This document shows positions 9,413 through 18,500 of a DNA stretch of 39,847 nt, piece by piece. Numbering within the stretch: the stretch's first letter is position 1; every line of letters starts with the position of its first letter. Both the position numbers and the translations under genes were made by a program. Origin of the DNA: an uncultured Puniceicoccaceae bacterium (GTDB lineage Bacteria; Verrucomicrobiota; Verrucomicrobiia; Opitutales; CAZYUX01); assembly GCA_964650745.1 (NCBI GenBank), contig CAZYUX010000002.1, forward strand, positions 1-39,847. Reading direction: 5' to 3'. A model generated the notes under the pieces. It was not told the DNA's origin and did no database searches. It saw nothing but the letters and a program-made list of their open reading frames with translations.

Positions 9413-10195
9413 TCAGCTGTGCGCCACAAAGACGGCGACCCCATGCCCGGAGTCGTCACGTTTCTCCCAGGTGAGAGCAACCTGCGGGAAGCCTGCCTCC
9501 CGCAGGAGCCGCTCTTCTGTCTCAGAACTGAGCGTGATGTCGTAATTCCATTCTGCTTTGCTGCCTCCAGGGAGCTTGGATATGTACTCCTCGTACCACC
9601 GGAGGACTCCCTTTTCACTCTTCGGGCTGGTTGACTGATCTCCCTCAATGTACCTCCCGGTCGATTTCAGGGCCGCCAGGATGTTCCGGTAGAGATCGCG
9701 CCTCTTGTCTGGTGCAACATGATGAACAGTGAGCGTCGCGATGACATAGTCGAACTCGTCGTCACCAAGCGGAAGATCAACGTACGACTTCTCGATCAGC
9801 TCGATCTGTGACACCTGCTTGCTGAACTTTCTCCGGAGTTCGGCAAGCATACCGGGCGCAAGGTCGATGCCCGTGATACGGGCATTGGGTGCCTTGGCAA
9901 AGATGTCTTCAAGCTCAAGTCCGGTGCCGCACCCCAGAACAAGGATGCGGATCCGTTCTTTTGTCTCCTGGACCTCTTCAGCCACGGCTCGATAGAGAGG
10001 GCGCTCTGCGTCTGTGCCGAAAACCTTGTCCCATACTTGGGCCGTGGAGCTGAAGAAATCACGCATCTCCTCGGTAGTTTGCAGCCATTCGGGGGCTCCT
10101 GCCATGAGCTCTGCCGGCACCTTGCGGACACCGCTCCGGATTCTTTCAAGTTCCTGTTTCGCGTCTTCGTTCATATCCTCTTTGCCCAACGTCAC
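9413..10195 (-). CDS. class I SAM-dependent methyltransferase
   Basis: 260-aa ORF with SAM-binding motif I, ILVLGCGTGLELEDIF, followed by ITGIDLAPGML. The GC content is visibly lower than in the flanks. Confidence 0.8.
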   Translation of the reverse strand: MTLGKEDMNEDAKQELERIRSGVRKVPAELMAGAPEWLQTTEEMRDFFSSTAQVWDKVFGTDAERPLYRAVAEEVQETKERIRILVLGCGTGLELEDIFAKAPNARITGIDLAPGMLAELRRKFSKQVSQIELIEKSYVDLPLGDDEFDYVIATLTVHHVAPDKRRDLYRNILAALKSTGRYIEGDQSTSPKSEKGVLRWYEEYISKLPGGSKAEWNYDITLSSETEERLLREAGFPQVALTWEKRDDSGHGVAVFVAHS

Positions 10196-10340
10196 CCCTC
10201 ACCGGACGGAGGAAGCCGCGCCGCCCTCATGGGAGGGGGTTTCCTGAACCCTTGCCCAGATCAGCCTTGACAATCCAAATCGCAACCCGAAACCGCCCGC
10301 CCATGGCGTCACGGTTTCACTCCGCCATTTACTGTCTCTG

Positions 10341-10724
10341 TCAGACGGCTTCGGCTTTGGGAATCTCAGCGGGAATTTCGACCTCGTGGGTGTTTTTGCG
10401 CTTCACTTTGCGCAGGCGCGAGCGGCGCCGCAGCATGCGGTCGAGTTTCTCCACCATATCATCCACGGATTTGTAGAGGTCGCCGGTTTCGGCCGTAGCG
10501 ACGAGGGGGGGACCGTTGATTTCGATATGGCCTTTGGCGATATATTCTTTCTGTTTGGTGATGTTGGAGTTGTATTCCAAGTCCACTTTAATTCGGAGGA
10601 TGTGACTTTCGTGGTGGAAGAGTTTTTCCACTTTTTCGGTTACGAGTGTTTTCAGGGCATCGGTGAGGTCGAGGTGGATGCCGGTGATGGTCACATCATG
10701 GTTGTTCCGATTTTCAGCAGTCAT
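10341..10724 (-). CDS. hpf: ribosome hibernation promoting factor (S30AE/RaiA family)
   Basis: Internal start MTAENRNNHDVTITGIHLDLTDALKTLVTEKVEKL (cat at 10722-10724), preceded by GAAAGGA as a ribosome-binding site. 127 aa. The rest of track ORF 10341..11075 is a spurious extension. Confidence 0.85.
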   Translation of the reverse strand: MTAENRNNHDVTITGIHLDLTDALKTLVTEKVEKLFHHESHILRIKVDLEYNSNITKQKEYIAKGHIEINGPPLVATAETGDLYKSVDDMVEKLDRMLRRRSRLRKVKRKNTHEVEIPAEIPKAEAV

Positions 10725-10794
10725 GGTTTTATCCTTTCTTTCTGGGTTGTCACCAAGTAGCATTGCGGCGCTTTCACATGAAAAAGAGCCAGCG

Positions 10795-11637
10795 ATGGAT
10801 TTCTTGAAAAAGAGTTTGGGCCGCTTTTCCGCGGTCATCGTCACGGGCGGTTCTTCCGGTATTGGACTGGAGTTTCTCAAAGTGCTGTCCACTATACTTC
10901 CAAAGGCTCTGTTTTGCAACCTTTCGCGGACGAAACCCGGGGATTGTGTTCCGGGCGGGCGTTTGCGGCACTTGCCGTGTGATTTATCGGACGGGGCTGA
11001 ATTGGCGGCCCGAGGGGAGCGGTTGCTCGATATGCTGGCCCGCGAGGGCGGCGCCGGGGAGATTTTGCTCATCAATAACAGCGGTTTCGGGTCTTACGGG
11101 CCTTTTCCGGCGCCCCGGCTGGAGCATCATTTGGAAATGGCCGATGTTAATATAAAGGCGCCGGTGCGCTTGACGGGTATGCTGATGCCCCTGTTGCTGG
11201 AGCGGGGCGGGACGGTGGTGAATGTGGCTTCGACGGCGGCCTTTCAGCCCACTCCTTATCTGGCCACCTATGGGGGCACGAAGGCGTTTTTGCTGCATTG
11301 GAGCCTTGCATTGGGGCAAGACTTGAAACGTTCTCGCGTCCGCGCTCTGGCGGTTTGTCCGGGGCCGACTTCGACCCGGTTTTTTGAGAGGGCGGGTTTC
11401 GCCGAGCGTCCCTGCACTGGCGGTTTGAGTCAGATGCCCGGGGAGGTTGTTTTCGAATCCTTGCGGGCGCTGGCCAAAGCTAAAAGCATGGTCATTTGCG
11501 GCCGGCGCAACCGTTTCCTGGCCGGTTTCAGTTCACTGTTTCCAAAGCCCGCGCAGGCGGTTCTCGCCGGGTGGATTTTGCGGAAAATGCGTCTGGAAAG
11601 ATTTCAGAAAGCTCCGGGCCGGTCATTCCATGAATGA
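10795..11637 (+). CDS. SDR family oxidoreductase
   Basis: Start MDFLKKSLGRFSAVIVTGGSSGIG (TGxxxGIG) and catalytic YGGTKAF (YxxxK). ATG 10795 is in frame with track ORF 10663..11637. Confidence 0.8.
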   Translation: MDFLKKSLGRFSAVIVTGGSSGIGLEFLKVLSTILPKALFCNLSRTKPGDCVPGGRLRHLPCDLSDGAELAARGERLLDMLAREGGAGEILLINNSGFGSYGPFPAPRLEHHLEMADVNIKAPVRLTGMLMPLLLERGGTVVNVASTAAFQPTPYLATYGGTKAFLLHWSLALGQDLKRSRVRALAVCPGPTSTRFFERAGFAERPCTGGLSQMPGEVVFESLRALAKAKSMVICGRRNRFLAGFSSLFPKPAQAVLAGWILRKMRLERFQKAPGRSFHE

Positions 11638-12421
11638 ATCGGCGGATTGCAGCGGTCCGGAGCCGCCTTTGATTGACCTTGATGAGCTGCGGCGGTGGAT
11701 ACTGCACGAGGATGAAGACTTGCTGGCGGTCAACAAGCCCGGCTGGGTGGTTTGCCATCCTTCGAAACGCGGTCCGCGGTCAAGCCTGGTCGGCGCCTGC
11801 CGGGAGTGCACCGGCCTGGGGACATTGCGGCTCATCAGCCGCCTGGACCGCGAAACCAGCGGGATCATCTTGCTGGCCAAGCACAAACAAGCCGCCAGCC
11901 TTTGCCAGACCGCCATCCAAAACCGGCAGGCTGAAAAGATTTACCACGCCATTTTGGAAGGCGAACTGCGCGGGGAGGCGCTCGTCAACAAGCCCCTCTC
12001 CCGCGACACACGCAGCCTGGTCTATAACAAGCAAGCCGCCGGGAAAAAACGGGGCGCCCAAACCGCCAAAACCAAGTTCCGCCCGCTCGTCCGGGGAGGC
12101 GGCTGGACCTTGGCGGAAGTCCGCCCCTTGACCGGCCGCAAGCACCAGATCCGCGCCCACGCCCGGTGGCTGGGCCATGCCGTGGCCGGGGACAAGGTTT
12201 ACGGGCCGGACGAGACTCTTTTTCTGGAATTCATCGAAAAAGGGTTCACGGAACGCCTGCGGGGCGCGCTGCCCATGCCCCGGCAGGCTCTCCACGCCGC
12301 CCGGCTGATTTTCCGCGCTCCCGGTTTCGGGCGGGCCTTCCGCGCCCCCATGCCCGGCGACATGCGGGAATTTTGCCGGAAGCGGCTGGGAATGCCGGAA
12401 AGCGAACTGGAGCGGCTCTGA
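11630..12421 (+). CDS. RluA-family pseudouridine synthase
   Basis: LLAVNKPGWVVCHPS, the catalytic motif SRLDRETSGIILLAK, and RPLTGRKHQIRAH. The ATG at 11630 overlaps the SDR stop by 8 nt. Start choice is uncertain. Confidence 0.8.
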   Translation: MNESADCSGPEPPLIDLDELRRWILHEDEDLLAVNKPGWVVCHPSKRGPRSSLVGACRECTGLGTLRLISRLDRETSGIILLAKHKQAASLCQTAIQNRQAEKIYHAILEGELRGEALVNKPLSRDTRSLVYNKQAAGKKRGAQTAKTKFRPLVRGGGWTLAEVRPLTGRKHQIRAHARWLGHAVAGDKVYGPDETLFLEFIEKGFTERLRGALPMPRQALHAARLIFRAPGFGRAFRAPMPGDMREFCRKRLGMPESELERL

Positions 12422-12480
12422 CCCGCCATTGCCGGCCCGAAACGGCGGAAGGCGGAAGAATCAAAAAAGTTTATCGGGTT

Positions 12481-13167
12481 TTATTTAGACTTATGGCGTT
12501 TGGCGTTTGCCTTTTTGGGCCGGGTTTCGGATGAGAGAGACGCCTGGAATTCCAGCCCGCTGACTTTTTCATAGAGCAGGCGGCTGACCCAAGCATCCGT
12601 GGCGGCGTAGCGCAGCTGGGCGCGGCTCAAATTGGGCAGGCTCCAGTTCGACACCTGCGGGCGCTTGGTAATGCGGATTTTCAGGAAAATCGCGGCCAGG
12701 TTCCGCAGCCCGGTGTTGACGATGCCGGCTTTTTGGGTGATTTCGGAAATTTCGGCGAACCCGGCCGGGAAAAAAGGCCTCCATTCTGTCAGCTTCCGCA
12801 TATCATCCTGCACGGCCACCCCCGCCTTGAGGATGTCCGGACTGGCCAAAAGACTGATTAAAGGCTCGGGCTTGCGCAAGCGCTGGATTTGAAACAGATA
12901 GACCGCTTCCGCTCCCGCCATCTGAATGAGGGCGGGAGGATAGCTCTGGCCCTTTCTGAAAGCGGGGCGGGTCTCGAGGTCGAAGCCCGCCAGGGTTTCG
13001 TTCGACAGCGCCCTCGCGGCGGCCGGCAGATCCTTGTCGCGCCGGATCAAATGTATAGGCCCCTTGTAGGACGCCAAGGGCAAGCGGTTGACTTCTTCTT
13101 TGCTGATGCTGGCGGGGAAAACATGATTCTGGTTTTGAACAGCGGAACGGTTTTTCTCAATTTTCAC
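12481..13167 (-). CDS. 3'-5' exonuclease domain protein (DEDDy, RNase D/WRN-like)
   Basis: LAGFDLETRP (ExoI), LKAGVAVQDDMRKL (ExoII) and LRYAATDAWVSRLLYEKV (ExoIII, YxxxD-type). Confidence 0.75.
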   Translation of the reverse strand: MKIEKNRSAVQNQNHVFPASISKEEVNRLPLASYKGPIHLIRRDKDLPAAARALSNETLAGFDLETRPAFRKGQSYPPALIQMAGAEAVYLFQIQRLRKPEPLISLLASPDILKAGVAVQDDMRKLTEWRPFFPAGFAEISEITQKAGIVNTGLRNLAAIFLKIRITKRPQVSNWSLPNLSRAQLRYAATDAWVSRLLYEKVSGLEFQASLSSETRPKKANAKRHKSK

Positions 13168-13429
13168 TTTCCGTCCCCATAAAAGACAGTTCCGTTGTTT
13201 GGCAACGGAAAACTGGCCCGGGATCCCGGATGGCTTGCAGCCGCGGGGCGTTTTGCCGCGCCGGGGGGCTGCGCGGTCTCAAAAAAGTTTGCGGAGCAAA
13301 AGTTATGGCTTGCCATTGTGTGTTTTTTTACTGATAACGTAAAATTAAGCTTTCGCAAAGAGCGGTTTTGCGTCCTCACGAAGCCGGAGCTTTGCAAGCA
13401 GAACGCCAACCATAGACGCGCATGACAAG

Positions 13430-13936
13430 ATGGCAAAGAAAGCTGCCAAGAACAAAGGAATCAGCCGGATCGACTCTGGTTCGACTCACGGATGGTTTGT
13501 CCGGGGCTACAAGAACGGAAAAATCTACTCGAAACTGTTCAGCGATCTGAAGTATAACGGAAAAAACAAAGCGCTTTCCATGGCCCGCGAATTCCGCGAC
13601 GGCCTCTATGAAGACCTGAAAAAAATTCCCTCCAAGCCCCGCGGCCGGCGGCTCGTTTTCCGGGACTCGCGCAACACGACTGGTGTTCTCGGTGTTTCCC
13701 GCACATCCAAGCGCAGCCCCGGCGGCGCCGTCAACGAATGCTACTCGGTCAGCTGGCGCCCGGAGCCCGGCGTGCAGAAATGCACGTCCTTCTCCATCCG
13801 GAAATACGGGGAAAAAAAAGCTTTTCAGCTGGCGGTGGCCCACCGGCGCAAGATGCTCAAGGAAATCTACGGCCCCGGGATTTTCCGCAAGCTGGCCGAC
13901 CGCCAAACCCGGCAGATGAAGAAAGAACGGCGGTGA
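13430..13936 (+). CDS. AP2-domain DNA-binding protein with two AP2-like repeats
   Basis: GISRIDSGSTHGWFVRGYKNGKIYSKLFSD..GKNKALSMAREFRD and GVLGVSR...YSVSWRPE..QKCTSFSIRKYGEKKAFQLAVAHRRKM both fit the bacterial AP2 pattern: a G(V/I)S strand, a W-containing strand, then a helix. Confidence 0.6.
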   Translation: MAKKAAKNKGISRIDSGSTHGWFVRGYKNGKIYSKLFSDLKYNGKNKALSMAREFRDGLYEDLKKIPSKPRGRRLVFRDSRNTTGVLGVSRTSKRSPGGAVNECYSVSWRPEPGVQKCTSFSIRKYGEKKAFQLAVAHRRKMLKEIYGPGIFRKLADRQTRQMKKERR

Positions 13937-14049
13937 TTTGGCCGGCGGTCCCGCCTTTAGGATGAGGCGGCGGTTGCCGCGCGGCCGTTTTTCTGCCCGC
14001 CGCGCGTTTGCTCTTGTCAAGGGCATGGCCCGTCTTCAAGCTGGAAGCC

Positions 14050-14346
14050 ATGCCTCAAAACCCGCCAATGGATATTGATTACGTGGCCCGGCTGGCCCGC
14101 GTCCGGCTGACGGACGAAGAGCGCCGGATCTTCGCGGCCCAGCTGGGCGATATCCTCAGTTATTTCCAGCGCATCAGAAGCGTGGACGTTTCCGGTGTCG
14201 AGCCAACGGCCCACACGTTCGGCGTTTTCAATGTCTGGGACGAGGACATGCCCCGGCCCGCCCTGCCGCCGGAAGAAGCCCTCCGCCATGCTCCCGCGCG
14301 GCGCGGTGACCAGTTTCTCGTGCCCAAAATCATCGAGGATGTGTGA
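14050..14346 (+). CDS. gatC: Asp-tRNA(Asn)/Glu-tRNA(Gln) amidotransferase subunit C
   Basis: DIDYVARLARVRLTDEERRIFAAQLGDILSYFQRIRSVDVSGVEPTAH is typical of GatC. ATG at 14050. Confidence 0.85.
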   Translation: MPQNPPMDIDYVARLARVRLTDEERRIFAAQLGDILSYFQRIRSVDVSGVEPTAHTFGVFNVWDEDMPRPALPPEEALRHAPARRGDQFLVPKIIEDV

Positions 14347-14384
14347 GGTTTCCTCTTCTTTTTTCGGCCTGCGGCGGTTTCTTG

Positions 14385-15782
14385 TTATAATATCTCCCGG
14401 AGGAAGGCCATACCTTCTTCTGAAGTGGTTATCGAGCCGTCAAGCTGGGCCTCGTAACAGCGGTCCAGAAGCGGCTTGAACTCCGGGCCGGGAGTCATGC
14501 CCAGCGCGATTAAGTGGCGGCCCCGGATGAGAGGCCGGGGAGCGGTGTCCTTGACGGCCAAAGCTTCCGCCCTTTCAAGGAGCCAGCGGCCTTCGGGAAA
14601 GCCTTCCGCTCTCCGTCCCGGCCGGCCCATCTGGTCGGCCCGGGCCACGCGCGCCAGGCGGTCAATACGGCCAGCCTTCCGCGCCAGCCGGCGCACGGCG
14701 GCGTCTCCGGCTTTGGCTTTGTAAAGCTCGAGCGGGCGCAAGTGGTGTTCGACCAGCGGCGTCACCGCGTCAATCAAATCCTGATGCCGGGTTAAACGGC
14801 GGAGAAAAGACGCGGCGGGAGCAACACCTTTTGCCTCGTGGCCGATCGAGCGGATGCGCTCGTCCTGATATAGCGTCGTGGCCGGTTTGCCGAAGTCGTG
14901 GCACAAAACCGCGAAGCCGGCGACCAAGTCCTCCCATTCGCAGCCCATGCGTTCGCGGGCGAAAGCGTCCAGGCAATGCAGAGTGTGAATCCAGACATCG
15001 CCTTCGGGATGCCATTGCGGGTCTTGCGGGCAGTCAATCAGCGCTTCCAGTTCCGGGTAATATTGCACCCAGCCGCAGTCCTTGAGGAAGGCCAGACCGA
15101 TGGACGGCTTCACGCCTTGCAGAAGCAGCTTTTTCCATTCTTCAAAGAGACGTTCCGGCGGCAAATTCTCCGGTGTGATTTCACGGCATAACGCCACTGT
15201 GGCGGAATCCACTGTCAGCTCGAACCGGGCGGCGAATTGCATGGCCCGCAGCACGCGCAGCGGGTCTTCGGAGAATTGGGCCCCAGCGTGGCGCAGCCGC
15301 TTTTCTTCGAGGTCGCGCCGGCCTTCGAAGGGATCTATCAGCTCGCCGGTGAGAGGACCCCAATAGATGGCGTTGATGGTGAAGTCGCGCCGGGCAGCCG
15401 CTTCTTCAATGGAGAGATTGGGATCGCCCGACACCGCGAAGCCTTTGTGGCCCGGCCCGGTCTTCGACTCCCGCCGCGGCAGGGAAACATCCATGCCGAA
15501 GTCAGTCAGTTTGAAAACGCCGAAGGCCCGCCCCACCGCCGCGACTTTGAAGCGTTGCGATAACAGTTTTCCCAGGGTTTCCGCGGGCACGCCGAAAACC
15601 TCCAGGTCAAGGTTGACCGGCGTCAATCCCAGCAGGGCGTCCCGCACCGCGCCCCCGACCAGCCATGCCCGCCCGCCGGCTTCGCGGACCAGCGCCGCGA
15701 TTTCCATAGCCGGGCCCAGCTCTTTTCCGGAAAAGGAGCCGGCGCTCACCCCGGCGAAGTTGGCTGTGTCTCCCCGCTTCAT
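14385..15782 (-). CDS. cca: CCA-adding tRNA nucleotidyltransferase with HD domain
   Basis: WLVGGAVRDALLG, DLEV, RRDFTINA and the HD motif LCHDFGKP. The true start may be the internal MEIAALV (about 15707). Confidence 0.85.
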   Translation of the reverse strand: MKRGDTANFAGVSAGSFSGKELGPAMEIAALVREAGGRAWLVGGAVRDALLGLTPVNLDLEVFGVPAETLGKLLSQRFKVAAVGRAFGVFKLTDFGMDVSLPRRESKTGPGHKGFAVSGDPNLSIEEAAARRDFTINAIYWGPLTGELIDPFEGRRDLEEKRLRHAGAQFSEDPLRVLRAMQFAARFELTVDSATVALCREITPENLPPERLFEEWKKLLLQGVKPSIGLAFLKDCGWVQYYPELEALIDCPQDPQWHPEGDVWIHTLHCLDAFARERMGCEWEDLVAGFAVLCHDFGKPATTLYQDERIRSIGHEAKGVAPAASFLRRLTRHQDLIDAVTPLVEHHLRPLELYKAKAGDAAVRRLARKAGRIDRLARVARADQMGRPGRRAEGFPEGRWLLERAEALAVKDTAPRPLIRGRHLIALGMTPGPEFKPLLDRCYEAQLDGSITTSEEGMAFLREIL

Positions 15783-15965
15783 TTCATCCTGATGATAGCC
15801 GCCATTCTGTTTGTCAGGCCAGCCAAAATTCCATCCGCTGAATCATGGACTCTTATTATGGCGGACCCCGCGGAGAAGCCGAACCTGCAACCAACGGATG
15901 ATTTGTCCGGAGGACTTGTAAAAAGCTTGCCTCGAAAAACGTTTATCCTTTTTAAGTGACAACTG

Positions 15966-16571
15966 ATGGCGAAAAACCGGGCGCGGACAGAAGCAAGAAT
16001 TCTGCAAGCGGCGAGGAGCCTGCTCGCTCATGGCGGATTCGCGGATTTCGGCATCAACGCCGTGTCCCAGCACGCGGCGGCGGACAAGGTCTTGATTTAC
16101 CGCTATTTTGGAGGTCTCGACGGCCTGCTGACAGCGGTGGCGGAAGAGGAGGAGTTTTTGCCGGAAGAGGAAGACTTCATCCGCCAGCACGGAACATCTC
16201 CATATGATTGGCTGGAAGGATTGCCAAAGGAGCTCGAAGCCCGGCCACTGACGCGCCAGTTGCTGCGCTGGAGCGCCGTTTATGCCGAGACGAAAAATGA
16301 CAACCCCCTGCTCCGCGCCTGCCGCCTGGCTTGGGAAGCGTTCATCAATGGACTCTTCGCGGCGCGTGGAACAGTCCAAGACAATGATTTCGAACACCTG
16401 GAGCGTCTCGCCCTGTGGGGAACGGTTTTGGCGGGTTCCGGCGTTCCGTCATCTGAAACGGCCGCTCCAATAATAAAGTCCCGGCAGCCAGCGCCTGCCC
16501 GCAAACCGCAGCCGCCGGAAAAGGCCGTTGTGGTGGAAGACGACGACGAACTGCCTGTCGAGCTGCTGTGA
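15966..16571 (+). CDS. TetR/AcrR family transcriptional regulator
   Basis: N-terminal HTH ARILQAARSLLAHGGFADFGINAVSQHAAADKVLIYRYFGGLDGLL. Confidence 0.85.
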   Translation: MAKNRARTEARILQAARSLLAHGGFADFGINAVSQHAAADKVLIYRYFGGLDGLLTAVAEEEEFLPEEEDFIRQHGTSPYDWLEGLPKELEARPLTRQLLRWSAVYAETKNDNPLLRACRLAWEAFINGLFAARGTVQDNDFEHLERLALWGTVLAGSGVPSSETAAPIIKSRQPAPARKPQPPEKAVVVEDDDELPVELL

Positions 16572-16581
16572 CATTCCGCGC

Positions 16582-16610
16582 TTGACAAAGCGGCACAGAC
16601 AGTCTGGAAT
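16582..16610 (+). promoter_or_regulatory. candidate sigma70-type promoter upstream of leuA
   Basis: TTGACA (16582-16587), a 17-nt spacer, then TGGAAT (16605-16610). Sequence match only. Confidence 0.3.
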
Positions 16611-16624
16611 GCCTTCATTCAAGA

Positions 16625-16684
16625 ATGAAAACTTGCAGGCCCAACGGTTTGGCGCTTTTGCCCGCGCCGCTGTTGCTCCCCTGA
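16625..16684 (+). promoter_or_regulatory. candidate Leu-rich leader peptide (19 codons) upstream of leuA
   Basis: ATG AAA ACT TGC AGG CCC AAC GGT TTG GCG CTT TTG CCC GCG CCG CTG TTG CTC CCC TGA translates to MKTCRPNGLALLPAPLLLP. Six of 19 codons are Leu, three of them consecutive at the end. A 9-bp bulged hairpin at 16673-16695 covers the last Leu codons and the stop. Confidence 0.3.
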
Positions 16685-16801
16685 GGGGGAGGCAAAGGTA
16701 ATCCATACGCATTTTTTTGGGCCGGCGCATGGCCCGCTTAACGCTTCGCCTGCCCATTTCCATCAGCCAGACCCAAAAGACTTCAACCGATTATTAATAA
16801 G

Positions 16802-18478
16802 ATGCAACATAAAAACATCACTAAATATCAGCCTTTCCCGGCGGTGGATTTGCCGGACCGCCAGTGGCCGAACCGGCGCGCCGAACGGGCGCCCGCATGG
16901 TGCAGCGTGGACCTGCGGGACGGCAACCAGGCCCTGTCCATCCCCATGAGCGTCGGGGACAAAACCCTCTTTTTCCAGACGCTGGCCGGTATCGGATTCG
17001 AGGAGATCGAGATCGGATTCCCCTCCGCTTCAGAGATCGAGTTCGATTTCGCCCGGCACTTGATCGAAAACAAATTGGTGCCGGAGAACGTGACCGTGCA
17101 AGTGCTGGTGCAGGCGCGCGAGCACTTGATCCGCCGCACTTACGAAGCCCTGCGCGGCTTCCCCCGCGCCATCGTGCATTTTTACAACTCGACCAATCCG
17201 CTCCAGCGGCGCGTCACCTTCGGCATGGAGAAAGAGGAAATCAAACAGATGGCCGTGGACGCCGCCAGGTTAATCAAAGAACTGGCCGCTACAATCCCCG
17301 AAACGGACGTTCGCTACCAGTATTCGCCGGAAAGTTTTTCGGACACCGAGATGGACTACGCTCTGGAGGTGTGCGAGGCGGTGATGGAAACCCTCGAACC
17401 CTCGCCCGAAAAACCCGTCATCCTGAACCTGCCCGTCACGGTCGAAATGACCACGCCAAATGTCCACGCCGACCAGATCGAGTGGTTTTGCCGCAATATG
17501 AAGGAACGCGACAAGGCTGTCATCAGCTTGCACGCCCACAACGACCGCGGCACTGGCGTGGCCGCCACCGAGCTGAGCCTGATGGCCGGCGCTCAGCGCG
17601 TCGAAGGCACCCTGTTCGGCAACGGCGAGCGCACCGGAAACGTGGACATCGTCACGCTGGCCTTGAACATGTATTCGCAGGGCGTGGACCCGGGACTGGA
17701 CTTCAGCGACCTCCCAAAAATCCGCAATATCTATGAGCGCTGCACGCGGATGACCGTGCACGACCGCCACCCTTACGCCGGGGACCTGGTCTTCACCGCC
17801 TTCTCCGGCTCCCATCAGGACGCCATCAAAAAAGGCATGGATAAGATGCAGGAAAAAAAAGACGGGCGCTGGGAAGTGCCCTACCTGCCCATTGATCCGG
17901 CCGACATCGGCCGCGCATACCAGGCCATCATCCGCATCAACAGCCAAAGCGGCAAAGGCGGCGTGGCCTACGTCCTGGACCGCGAATTCGGTTTCGACCT
18001 GCCAAAAAAAATGCGCCCCGAGTTCGGTGAAGTGGTCAACCGCATCGCCGACGAAGACGGCATTGAACTGACCCCGCAAGCCGTCCGGGATATATTCGGC
18101 CGGGAATACCTGAAGCGGGAGTCCCCCTTGCGCATCGCCGGGCACGAAATCGGCATGAAACCGGACGACCCCCATAAAGTGACCTGGAAAGGCGATGTGA
18201 TTTACAGGGGCGAACCCCGCTCCATCGAAGGCCACGGCAACGGCCCCATCGCGGCGTTCATTGACGCTCTGAAAGCCCAGGGCTGGAAAGATTTCCGCCT
18301 GCTCGACTTCCGCCAGCACGCCATCACCCAAGGCTCCGCCGCTGACGCCGCAGCCTACGTCCTCATCGAGCGCGCCGCCGACGCCCGGCCCTTCTGGGGC
18401 GCGGGAGTGGACTCGAACATCGAGATGGCCGGCCTCAAAGCCGTCCTCAGCGCCTTCAACCGCGCCCACGCCAAGTAG
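16802..18478 (+). CDS. leuA: 2-isopropylmalate synthase (long LeuA form)
   Basis: WCSVDLRDGNQAL, HAHNDRGTGVAATE and a C-terminal regulatory domain. 558 aa. Confidence 0.95.
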   Translation: MQHKNITKYQPFPAVDLPDRQWPNRRAERAPAWCSVDLRDGNQALSIPMSVGDKTLFFQTLAGIGFEEIEIGFPSASEIEFDFARHLIENKLVPENVTVQVLVQAREHLIRRTYEALRGFPRAIVHFYNSTNPLQRRVTFGMEKEEIKQMAVDAARLIKELAATIPETDVRYQYSPESFSDTEMDYALEVCEAVMETLEPSPEKPVILNLPVTVEMTTPNVHADQIEWFCRNMKERDKAVISLHAHNDRGTGVAATELSLMAGAQRVEGTLFGNGERTGNVDIVTLALNMYSQGVDPGLDFSDLPKIRNIYERCTRMTVHDRHPYAGDLVFTAFSGSHQDAIKKGMDKMQEKKDGRWEVPYLPIDPADIGRAYQAIIRINSQSGKGGVAYVLDREFGFDLPKKMRPEFGEVVNRIADEDGIELTPQAVRDIFGREYLKRESPLRIAGHEIGMKPDDPHKVTWKGDVIYRGEPRSIEGHGNGPIAAFIDALKAQGWKDFRLLDFRQHAITQGSAADAAAYVLIERAADARPFWGAGVDSNIEMAGLKAVLSAFNRAHAK

Positions 18479-18500
18479 AACTACCGGCCCGCCGCTTCTA

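Noticed and set aside
10341-10724. HPF is of intermediate length (127 aa) with a basic tail. It is neither the short nor the long dimerising form.
   Set aside because: C-terminal tails vary widely in this family. Nothing in the sequence points beyond ordinary lineage variation.
10725-11075. An upstream extension of the hpf ORF, giving a 244-aa track ORF.
   Set aside because: HPF homology starts at MTAENRNN, which has a good ribosome-binding site. The extension overlaps the divergent SDR gene.
13190-13210. An 8-bp hairpin, TTCCGTTG-tttgg-CAACGGAA, upstream of the exonuclease gene.
   Set aside because: It has no adjacent U tract in a sensible orientation and no upstream gene to terminate. It is noted only as part of the AP2 gene's long leader region.
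15937-15944. An AAACGTTT palindrome upstream of the TetR gene, considered as a possible operator.
   Set aside because: An 8-bp AT-rich palindrome is too short to call without partner half-sites or conservation.
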